DNA of 64,000 nucleotides from Desulfobacteraceae bacterium (GTDB taxonomy: Bacteria > Desulfobacterota > Desulfobacteria > Desulfobacterales > SKZT01), in assembly GCA_011389745.1 (NCBI GenBank), contig JAABTQ010000003.1:11520-75519 (forward strand). Direction: 5' to 3'. Both the position numbers and the translations under genes were made by a program. Of this stretch, positions 56,668-64,000 are shown one piece after another. The notes beneath the pieces are model-generated. The model did no database searches. It saw only the letters and a list, made by a program, of their open reading frames with translations, and had not been told where the DNA came from. Positions within the stretch are counted from its first letter, which is position 1. Every line of letters begins with the position of its first letter.

Positions 56668-57489
56668 TTGGGCGAAACAAATACGAAAACTGAATCTGAT
56701 TTTCTGTTGGAGATTGAAGACCTCCATATGTACTTCGGGAAAGTGCGGGCACTTCAAGGGATTAATCTAAAAATCCATAAAGGCGAAATTCATTCTGTCA
56801 TTGGTCCTAATGGAGCCGGTAAAACGGTTATGATGAATTGCATTAACGGCCTGTATTCACCTCAAAAAGGAACCATCACCTACGAAGGCCGAAAAATCAA
56901 CAGACTCAGGCCTTATCAAAGGGCAGCCCTGGGTATGGCCAGAACATTTCAGAAAGTTGAAGTTTTTGGTGGATTGACGGTTCTGGACAACATTCGCCTG
57001 GGGCGACACCTTCATTACAAATCCGGAATTTTATCCGGTTCCATTTATAAGGGCAAAACCTCAAAAGAAGAAATCGAGCACCGGGGTTTTATCGAGGAAC
57101 AAATCATTGACCTTCTTGAAATTCAACATATCCGCCATAAACCGGTAGGCATGCTTCCTTATGGCCTTCAAAAACGTGTTGAACTGGCCCGGGCCCTTGC
57201 ATTGGAGCCTAAGCTTTTGATACTGGATGAGCCCTTAGCAGGGTTAAACCTGGAAGAAGTCGAAGACATGGCGCGGTTTATTTTGGATATTAATGAAGAA
57301 GAACGGTGGAAAGTTACCTGTCTTTTGGTGGAACATGATATGGGGGTGGTCATGGATTTATCCGACCATGTATTTGTACTCAACTTCGGAAACTTGATCA
57401 TCGATGGAACCCCTGCCGAGGTTCAGAACCATCCTGAAGTCATCAAGGCATACCTTGGCGAAGAAGACCTTTACGCAACACGGAGATAG
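56668..57489 (+). CDS. livG: ABC transporter ATP-binding protein, LivG-like
   Basis: Walker A GPNGAGKT, signature LPYGLQKR and Walker B LILDEPLAGLN are present. The TTG start lies 8 nt after AGGAGG. Confidence 0.88.
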   Translation: MGETNTKTESDFLLEIEDLHMYFGKVRALQGINLKIHKGEIHSVIGPNGAGKTVMMNCINGLYSPQKGTITYEGRKINRLRPYQRAALGMARTFQKVEVFGGLTVLDNIRLGRHLHYKSGILSGSIYKGKTSKEEIEHRGFIEEQIIDLLEIQHIRHKPVGMLPYGLQKRVELARALALEPKLLILDEPLAGLNLEEVEDMARFILDINEEERWKVTCLLVEHDMGVVMDLSDHVFVLNFGNLIIDGTPAEVQNHPEVIKAYLGEEDLYATRR

Positions 57490-57505
57490 AGGCATAAGAC
57501 ACGGC

Positions 57506-59413
57506 ATGGAAATTACGGAAGAACTGACAATTCCAAAGCTTTTTTATGAAAAGGCAACCTTTTACGGTAAAAACAAAGTCGCTTTGCGCGAAAAAGAATT
57601 CGGCATCTGGCGGCCCATCACCTGGCAGGAATACCTGGAAAAAGTAAAATATATCGCTCTTGGCCTGCTTAAATTGGGGCTGAAACCTGAAGACAAGGTT
57701 TCTATGATCGGAGACAATCGACCCGAAGGTCTCATGGCGGAAATAGCCGCCTTGTGCGCAAAAGGCATCGGGGTCTGGCTTTTTCAGGATTGCCTTATGG
57801 AAGAGGTCAAATACATTATCGACCATTCCGATACGAGGTATCTGTTCGGAGAGGGCCAGGAAGAAGTTGATAAGGCCATATCCATTATCCACGAATGCCC
57901 TAAGCTGGAAAAAGTGATTTGGGATGATCCCAAAGGAATGCGGAACTATGATCAGGATTTTTTAATCAGTTTGGAAGAAGTAATTGCGCTTGGAAAAGAC
58001 CTCGACAGCCGGCAGCCAAACCTGTTTAAGGAGCTTACCGAACAGGGCCATGGAAATGATACAGCACTTCTTTTTTATACCTCCGGCACCACATCTCTTC
58101 CTAAAGGAGCGCTGCTGACTCACAACAACATGCTCACCATGGGCAAAAACCTTATGGCCGTTGATCCATGCTTTGAAACCGACGATTATGTTTCCTATCT
58201 GCCTTTTGCATGGATCGGTGAACAAATGATGTCCATCTCCTGCGGTCTTCAGGTCGGGTTTACCATCAACTTTCCTGAGGCTACCGAAACAGCTCAGGCA
58301 AATATCCGCGAAATCGGACCCCATGTCATGTTTGCTCCGCCGCGTATGTATGAACAAATGACAAGAACTGTCCAGGTAAAATACCTGGATTCCTCATGGC
58401 TCAAGCGCACGTGCTATTGGCTTTCTCAGAAAATCGGCTACAGAGCCGCCAATCGCAAATTCAACAAGCAGTCTTCTGCAGGCTTTATGAAAATACTGGA
58501 ATGGATAGCTTATATCACCGTACAGAAAAAACTTAAAGATCATCTTGGGCTTTCCAGAGTGCGTCATGCATATACCGGCGGTGCTGCAATGGGTCCTGAC
58601 CATTTCAGATTTTTTCACTCATTGGGCGTCAACCTTAAACAAATCTACGGTCAGACCGAAATTGCAGGAATTTCGGTTGTTCACAGAGATGGGGACATCA
58701 AGTTTGACACTGTGGGAAAACCCATTCCGGATACCGAAATAAAAATAGCCGAAGACGGTGAAATACTTGCCAAGAGTCCTTCCGTATTTATCGGCTACTA
58801 CAAAAATCCCGAAGCAACGGAAAAAACCCTAAAAGAAGGCTGGCTTCATTCCGACGACAAGGGCTTTATTGACGAGGATGGGCACCTGGTGGTTTTTGAT
58901 CGTTCAAAGGATGTCATGACCCTAAGTGATGGGCGGCCCTTTTCTCCCCAGTATCTTGAAACCCGTCTTAAATTCAGTCCCTATATTAAGGATTCCTGGA
59001 TCATTGGCGACAAGAAAAAATATATTACCGCCGTTATTTGTATTGATTATCAGGTGGTGGGCAACTGGGCCGATGAAAAAAAACTTAATTATACCAGTTA
59101 TATGGAGCTTTCTCAAAAACCCGAGGTTTATGACCTGGTGGAAAAAATGGTCCGCCAGGCCAATATGGATCTTCCGGAACCCGCACGGGTCAAAAAATTT
59201 GTAAACCTTTACAAGGAATTTGATCCGGATGACGATGAATTGACCCGAACCCGCAAACTTAGAAGAGCCTTTGTGGAAAACCGTTACAAAGTCATTATGG
59301 CCGCCCTGTATTCTGAAAGTGACATGGTGCATATCGATACTTCCATCACTTATGAGGATGGCCGTCAATCTCATATCAAAATCGATCTTCAAATACGTAA
59401 TGTTCCGGATTGA
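57506..59413 (+). CDS. AMP-dependent acyl-CoA synthetase/ligase (long-chain-fatty-acid-CoA ligase-like)
   Basis: The AMP-binding motif LLFYTSGTTSLPKGALLTH, YGQTE and GWLHSDDKG are present. The start was set at MEITEELT. Confidence 0.88.
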   Translation: MEITEELTIPKLFYEKATFYGKNKVALREKEFGIWRPITWQEYLEKVKYIALGLLKLGLKPEDKVSMIGDNRPEGLMAEIAALCAKGIGVWLFQDCLMEEVKYIIDHSDTRYLFGEGQEEVDKAISIIHECPKLEKVIWDDPKGMRNYDQDFLISLEEVIALGKDLDSRQPNLFKELTEQGHGNDTALLFYTSGTTSLPKGALLTHNNMLTMGKNLMAVDPCFETDDYVSYLPFAWIGEQMMSISCGLQVGFTINFPEATETAQANIREIGPHVMFAPPRMYEQMTRTVQVKYLDSSWLKRTCYWLSQKIGYRAANRKFNKQSSAGFMKILEWIAYITVQKKLKDHLGLSRVRHAYTGGAAMGPDHFRFFHSLGVNLKQIYGQTEIAGISVVHRDGDIKFDTVGKPIPDTEIKIAEDGEILAKSPSVFIGYYKNPEATEKTLKEGWLHSDDKGFIDEDGHLVVFDRSKDVMTLSDGRPFSPQYLETRLKFSPYIKDSWIIGDKKKYITAVICIDYQVVGNWADEKKLNYTSYMELSQKPEVYDLVEKMVRQANMDLPEPARVKKFVNLYKEFDPDDDELTRTRKLRRAFVENRYKVIMAALYSESDMVHIDTSITYEDGRQSHIKIDLQIRNVPD

Positions 59414-59472
59414 TTCGATTTTGCTTTTTTTAATCAGAAAAGGATTACGAAAGCCTTGCTTTTGTATCCGTT

Positions 59473-59493
59473 TACGAAAATAAGATTTTCGTA
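59473..59493. promoter_or_regulatory. 21-nt perfect palindrome, candidate operator
   Basis: The palindrome is TACGAAAAT-AAG-ATTTTCGTA. An additional direct half-site TACGAAAG lies at 59446-59453. Confidence 0.45.
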
Positions 59494-59533
59494 CTCCCAA
59501 TACCCGAGCAGATAAAATTCAAAGGAGTCGACT

Positions 59534-60418
59534 ATGGAACTTTTTTTGATGACCATAACAACAGGAGTTATGGTTGGCGGTATTTATGCTTTGGTGGCCC
59601 TGGGATGGGTGCTTATTTATAAATGTTCCGGGGTACTGAACCTGGCCATGGGTGAGTTAACCCTGATCGGGGCATATGTATCTCTAACTTTTTATCAGAT
59701 GGGGGTCCCGTTTCTTTTAGCGTTGTTACTTTCACTGATCATCGGCTTTATACTTGGGATTTTAACCGAAAGAATCTTTTTGGATCGCCTCATTGGCCAG
59801 CCTGTCTTGACCGTCATCATGGTCACTGTAGGACTTTCATTTTTCTTCAAGGGAATCGTTCAACTCATCTGGGGCACTGACACCCGAGTTTTTGATCCGC
59901 CGGTTTTTCCATTAAAACCTATTATCATCGGCCCTCTTATCGTTGGGCAGGTATATTTATGGAGCTTTATCGCCGCCATTATTCTGTTATGCGTATTTGT
60001 GTGTTTTTTTAAATACACCCGATGGGGTCTTGCAATGCAGGCTACGGCAGATGATGAAATGGCTGCGTTATCCCTTGGTGTCAGTGCGCGGTTTGTTTAT
60101 GCCGCGGCATGGGCAATCGCTTTTATGGCAGCAGGAGTGGGCGGCACGCTTCTGGGTAATATCAACGGCCTGAATATCTCTGTGGGATATCTTGGACTTC
60201 TTGTTTTACCTGCCGTTGTTTTGGGAGGCCTCAATTCGGTTCCCGGTGCCATTTTGGGAGGTATTATTATCGGTATCCTTCAAAATTTAAGCGGTGCGTA
60301 TCTGGATCGTTATTTTCCCGGAGGTGTGAAAGAAGTGGCCCCATTTGTATTCATGGCCATCTTTTTGCTTTTTAAACCCCATGGCATTTGGGGATGGGAG
60401 CGGATTGAACGAGTTTAG
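59534..60418 (+). CDS. livH: branched-chain-amino-acid-type ABC permease, LivH-like
   Basis: This is a 294-aa polytopic membrane protein in a Liv-type operon context. Confidence 0.88.
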   Translation: MELFLMTITTGVMVGGIYALVALGWVLIYKCSGVLNLAMGELTLIGAYVSLTFYQMGVPFLLALLLSLIIGFILGILTERIFLDRLIGQPVLTVIMVTVGLSFFFKGIVQLIWGTDTRVFDPPVFPLKPIIIGPLIVGQVYLWSFIAAIILLCVFVCFFKYTRWGLAMQATADDEMAALSLGVSARFVYAAAWAIAFMAAGVGGTLLGNINGLNISVGYLGLLVLPAVVLGGLNSVPGAILGGIIIGILQNLSGAYLDRYFPGGVKEVAPFVFMAIFLLFKPHGIWGWERIERV

Positions 60419-60463
60419 CCTGGTTATTATCTTTTACCGAGATTAAAAAAGGCGGAGTATTCT

Positions 60464-61564
60464 ATGTCAACAAGCTGGTTACCCTGTGGCACATATCATC
60501 AGAATTATGCTGAGGACCAATCCCTTTGGCAGACAAAGTTTATTAAAGGCAAAATGATTCTTCTTTTTGCCATCTTATTTATAGGTATTCCTCTTTGGGC
60601 CGATAATTACTGGATGAGTATCTTAAACACCATCGGCTATACCATTCTGGGAGCATTGGGTGTACAGCTTCTAATCGGTTTCTGCGGACAAGTAACTCTC
60701 GGCCATGCGGCCTTTATCGCCGTGGGTGCTTACACAAGCACACTGCTGATACTTGAGGTTCCATGGCCTCAGGCACTGATGGATTTTGGAATCGCTTATC
60801 CGGTCAGCATTGTCATTGCCGCCATTACCGCAGGTGTTGTATCTGTAATTTTTGGCCTTCCTTCAGCACGGGTCAAAGGATTTTATCTGATTCTGACCAC
60901 CATGGCCGCACAATTTATCATTGTTGATTTTATCATCACCCAATATGTCAGCCAGATCGGAGGAAGAGGTCAGGCATTTTCCATACCCCCTGAAGCAATC
61001 AAAGTGGGTCCTTTTACAATCGACAGTGACACCAAAGTTTACTTTATGATGCTAATAATAGTCATTCTAAGTGTCACCATAGTTGTCAATTTGTTGAGAT
61101 CTCGCGTCGGAAGGGCATGGGTTGCTATCCGCGACAACGACATATCCGCCGATGTCATGGGTATTAATGTGATAAAATACAAGCTGTTGGCTTTTTTTGT
61201 AGCCGGATTTATCGGTGGTTTGGCCGGGGCTTTCTGGATCAGCAACCTGGCGGCGATCAGTCCCGAGCATTTCCCATGGTTTTGGTCCTTATGGCTGGTA
61301 GGTGTCATTTTAATCGGCGGTGTAGGTTCTATTCATGGAACCATTTTCGGTTCTATTTTCATGGTCGTGGTGATGGAGCTTTTGCAGCTCGGAGTAATGC
61401 CGTTGGCTGATATTTACCCCAAGCTTTTGATGGACTTTTTGTTCATTAAAGAAGCCGCCTTTGGTCTTGCCATCTGCGCATTTATGATTTTTGAGCCCAA
61501 TGGCCTGGCCTACAGATGGTGGCAGTTAAAAAATTATTTCAATCTGTGGCCGTTTTCATATTAG
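60464..61564 (+). CDS. livM: branched-chain-amino-acid-type ABC permease, LivM-like
   Basis: This is a 366-aa polytopic membrane protein with a GQVTLGHAAF motif. Confidence 0.88.
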   Translation: MSTSWLPCGTYHQNYAEDQSLWQTKFIKGKMILLFAILFIGIPLWADNYWMSILNTIGYTILGALGVQLLIGFCGQVTLGHAAFIAVGAYTSTLLILEVPWPQALMDFGIAYPVSIVIAAITAGVVSVIFGLPSARVKGFYLILTTMAAQFIIVDFIITQYVSQIGGRGQAFSIPPEAIKVGPFTIDSDTKVYFMMLIIVILSVTIVVNLLRSRVGRAWVAIRDNDISADVMGINVIKYKLLAFFVAGFIGGLAGAFWISNLAAISPEHFPWFWSLWLVGVILIGGVGSIHGTIFGSIFMVVVMELLQLGVMPLADIYPKLLMDFLFIKEAAFGLAICAFMIFEPNGLAYRWWQLKNYFNLWPFSY

Positions 61565-61657
61565 AAAGCCCAAGGAGGTGATGTTACTTTTAACAACTGT
61601 TTTTCGTGAATTTAATTTTGTACAGCCAGCTTTCAAACACAAAAGGGGAGAAAAGCG

Positions 61658-62905
61658 ATGAGTATAAAAAATGGGATTGGAAAGTACTTGGTAATTTCTC
61701 TATCGGTCACTTTGCTGACTTTATTTTCAGGCACAGCCGGGGCGGATGTTATCAAAATCGGGTCTCTCAACGACATGACCGGCGCCACATCGGATGTGGG
61801 TAAGGATTATGCATTGGGAATCGCCGAAGCGATTCATTATGTTAACGAAAATGGTGGGGTCAACGGAAAGCAAATCAAGCTGTATCAGTTTGATTATGGA
61901 TATCGGGTTCCTGAAGCCTTGACCAAGTATAAACTTTTTCAGCGCCTTGGATGTGTTGCCGTTCTCGGTTGGGGTACAGGCGACACCGAAGCACTTTCGC
62001 CCACCGTCACCAAGGATAAAATACCCTATGTATCTGCTTCGTATTCAGGGCATCTCACCGATCCAACAAAAACTCCCTATAATTTGTTCTTTGCCACGGA
62101 CTATTCAAGCAATGCACGAGCAGCTATTACGGCATGGTATGACAAAAAATGGCCCCAGCACAAAGACTATGGAAAGCGAAAACCAAGATTTGTTAGCTCC
62201 TATATGTTTGCCTCTCCTTATTGTAGCGCACCAATCAAAGCCATAAAGGACCAGGCTGAAATTTTAGGTTTTGATGTCGGACCTGACCAGGATGTTTCTC
62301 TGTTTGCCGTCGATACCAAGAGTCAGGTTCTGGGCATGAAAGATTTTAAACCGGATCTGGTCTGGCATGGCAATACCACCATGTCAGTGGCTGCCACGTT
62401 AAGGGATGCCTTCTCATTGGGCCTTGAGGCCTCACATATTATCAATGTTTGGGGTTTTGATGAAAACCTTCCAAAACTTGCAGGTGAAGCAGCGGAAGGT
62501 GCTATCGGCACAACGGTTTGCGCATTTTTCGGAGAAAAGGTCCCCAACATGGAACATGTGGTGGCCTATGCAAAAAAATATAATCCAGGTGTTCCAGTAG
62601 AAAAACGCATGATCAGGACAGTTCAGGGATGGGGAGCCGTCATGGTCCTATGGGAAGCTTTGAACAGAGCTGACGCTGCAGGGGATTTAACCGGCGAAGG
62701 CATCCTGAAAAAAGGGTTTGAAACGTTCAGGGATTTTGATATCGGCTTGGGTGCAGCGCCGATTACCTATACCTCAACAGATCATCGTCCTGCAGGTGTG
62801 GTGCCTATCTACGAGTACGTGGGTGGAAAATTCCAGATCGTTGACAAAGTCGACCTGAAAAGTCGTTGGCCTGAAAAATGGGAGAAGGAATGGATCGGCT
62901 GGTAG
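61658..62905 (+). CDS. ABC substrate-binding protein, LivK/type I PBP family (ligand unknown)
   Basis: A signal peptide is followed by GADVIKIGSLNDMTGATSDVG, the typical start of this family. Confidence 0.85.
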   Translation: MSIKNGIGKYLVISLSVTLLTLFSGTAGADVIKIGSLNDMTGATSDVGKDYALGIAEAIHYVNENGGVNGKQIKLYQFDYGYRVPEALTKYKLFQRLGCVAVLGWGTGDTEALSPTVTKDKIPYVSASYSGHLTDPTKTPYNLFFATDYSSNARAAITAWYDKKWPQHKDYGKRKPRFVSSYMFASPYCSAPIKAIKDQAEILGFDVGPDQDVSLFAVDTKSQVLGMKDFKPDLVWHGNTTMSVAATLRDAFSLGLEASHIINVWGFDENLPKLAGEAAEGAIGTTVCAFFGEKVPNMEHVVAYAKKYNPGVPVEKRMIRTVQGWGAVMVLWEALNRADAAGDLTGEGILKKGFETFRDFDIGLGAAPITYTSTDHRPAGVVPIYEYVGGKFQIVDKVDLKSRWPEKWEKEWIGW

Positions 62906-62938
62906 AAACTTTTATTCCCCCAAGGAGGTCCAAAAGCG

Positions 62939-63751
62939 TTGAGTGAACAAGAAACAATTTTAAATATCAATAACATTGAAGTTAAATATCACGAAGTCAT
63001 TCTGGTCATAAAGGGTGTTTCAATTAATGTTCCCAAAGGTGGAATTATTGCTCTTTTAGGGGCAAACGGCGCCGGTAAAAGTACTACATTAAAGGCCATA
63101 TCCGGTCTTCTCAAGCATGAGAACGGGCAAGTCACCGATGGTTCCATAGAATTCATGGGAGAACGCATTGATAAGATGGGCCCTGAAAAAATTGCCAAAA
63201 TGGGAATCGTTCAGGTCATCGAGGGGAGACGTGTGTTTGAGCACCTTACGGTGGAACAGAACCTGAAGGTGGGTGCACATATGAAAAAATTCGGGCGATC
63301 CATCAAGGAAGGCCTGGACATGGTCTATCACTATTTTCCGCGGCTCAAGGAAAAACGCAATGAAACTGCCGGATTTATCAGCGGCGGAGAACAACAGATG
63401 ACCGTGGTGGGCCGGGCATTAATGACCAACCCGAAATTGATCCTTCTGGATGAACCCTCCATGGGGCTTGCGCCATTGTTGATCCATGAAATCTTTAAAA
63501 TCATCATCAAGCTCAATCAGGAAGAGAAGATTTCTATTCTATTGGTGGAACAAAATGCCAAACTCGCCTTAAATGTGGCACCCCATGCCTATGTTATGGA
63601 AAATGGGCGAATCGTTATGGATGACTCCGCTGAAAAGCTTTTGCAAAACCCGGATATCAAGGATTTTTATCTGGGACTGACCGATGTGGGGGGACGAAAA
63701 AGTTTTCGCAATGTGAAGCATTATAAGCGCCGTAAAAGATGGATTACTTAA
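62939..63751 (+). CDS. livF: ABC transporter ATP-binding protein, LivF-like, with basic C-terminal extension
   Basis: Walker A GANGAGKST, signature ISGGEQQM and Walker B LLDEPSMGL are present. The start is TTG. The tail is RKSFRNVKHYKRRKRWIT. Confidence 0.88.
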   Translation: MSEQETILNINNIEVKYHEVILVIKGVSINVPKGGIIALLGANGAGKSTTLKAISGLLKHENGQVTDGSIEFMGERIDKMGPEKIAKMGIVQVIEGRRVFEHLTVEQNLKVGAHMKKFGRSIKEGLDMVYHYFPRLKEKRNETAGFISGGEQQMTVVGRALMTNPKLILLDEPSMGLAPLLIHEIFKIIIKLNQEEKISILLVEQNAKLALNVAPHAYVMENGRIVMDDSAEKLLQNPDIKDFYLGLTDVGGRKSFRNVKHYKRRKRWIT

Positions 63752-63782
63752 ACCCCAAACCTTACTTCATAAGGGAGCAAAT

Positions 63783-64000
63783 ATGAGCAAAACATCATCT
63801 TTTGTAAAGACATTTTTTGTGGTTTTGGTTGGAAGCATTCTGTTATTGGGATGCTCCGGTATGGCGACCAAGCCAACCCCGAGCAAGTTCAAGGAGCCGG
63901 TCGTAACACTATCCCACGCCGAAGTGGCCAATTACTGGGGATGGTGGTACTTCGCCAAAAGTGTTGAACCCACGGCGGGAGAAGCCGGCGACTACGGAGC
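63783..64000 (+). CDS. hypothetical lipoprotein, 3' end outside window
   Basis: The ATG follows GGGAGCAAAT. The lipobox is ILLLGCSG, and the frame is open to the window end. Confidence 0.6.
   Translation, partial: MSKTSSFVKTFFVVLVGSILLLGCSGMATKPTPSKFKEPVVTLSHAEVANYWGWWYFAKSVEPTAGEAGDYG

Noticed and set aside
1-64000. I scanned the whole window for CRISPR arrays, tRNA/rRNA/tmRNA genes, reverse-transcriptase/retron or DGR repeats, integrases and in-frame TGA selenocysteine recoding.
   Set aside because: I saw no regularly spaced direct repeats, no T-loop GGTTCGAATCC-type tRNA signatures in a non-coding context, and no RT, integrase or recombinase motifs in any ORF. I also saw no pair of same-frame ORFs split only by TGA. 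Visual inspection cannot exclude small or divergent elements.

Overview
The window is a 64-kb chromosomal stretch. Gene content suggests a moderately AT-rich anaerobic Desulfobacterota-type bacterium: a nikKMLQO-hypAB nickel/hydrogenase maturation operon, a class II B12 ribonucleotide reductase, an NtrY/NtrX-like sigma54 module, GatCA, and a Liv-type ABC cluster with an embedded acyl-CoA ligase. This taxonomic call is inference only. I count about 60 protein-coding genes and found no rRNA, tRNA or CRISPR array. Most of the window is housekeeping: gatCA, mutL, lpxC, rsmD, coaD, nrdJ, pcm, serS, thrC, rsmI and carB. Two patches look accessory and decayed. Patch 1 (3.1-4.3 kb) is a HEPN/nucleotidyltransferase toxin-antitoxin cassette lying between a degraded DUF4160 stub and an inverted pair of REP-like hairpins. 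Patch 2 (10.4-24.3 kb) contains a Fur/PerR 3' stub, an orphan C-terminal J-domain protein that overlaps a convergent conserved hypothetical gene, and a DUF4160/DUF2442 pair. It also holds a type I R-M locus with internal deletions in hsdM and hsdR but an intact hsdS, followed by radC, a PHP-phosphoesterase::GT4 glycosyltransferase fusion, an orphan double zinc-ribbon protein and an epimerase stub. I did not find a cluster I can defend as a complete new multi-gene system. The candidates most worth follow-up are the gutted R-M locus with a preserved specificity subunit, the orphan J-domain gene pair, the PHP::GT4 fusion, an in-frame REP-bearing insertion in a Cu-ATPase, and a His-rich tail on the NikO ATPase next to hypA. 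All family calls come from motifs I read in the translated ORFs. No database search was possible.
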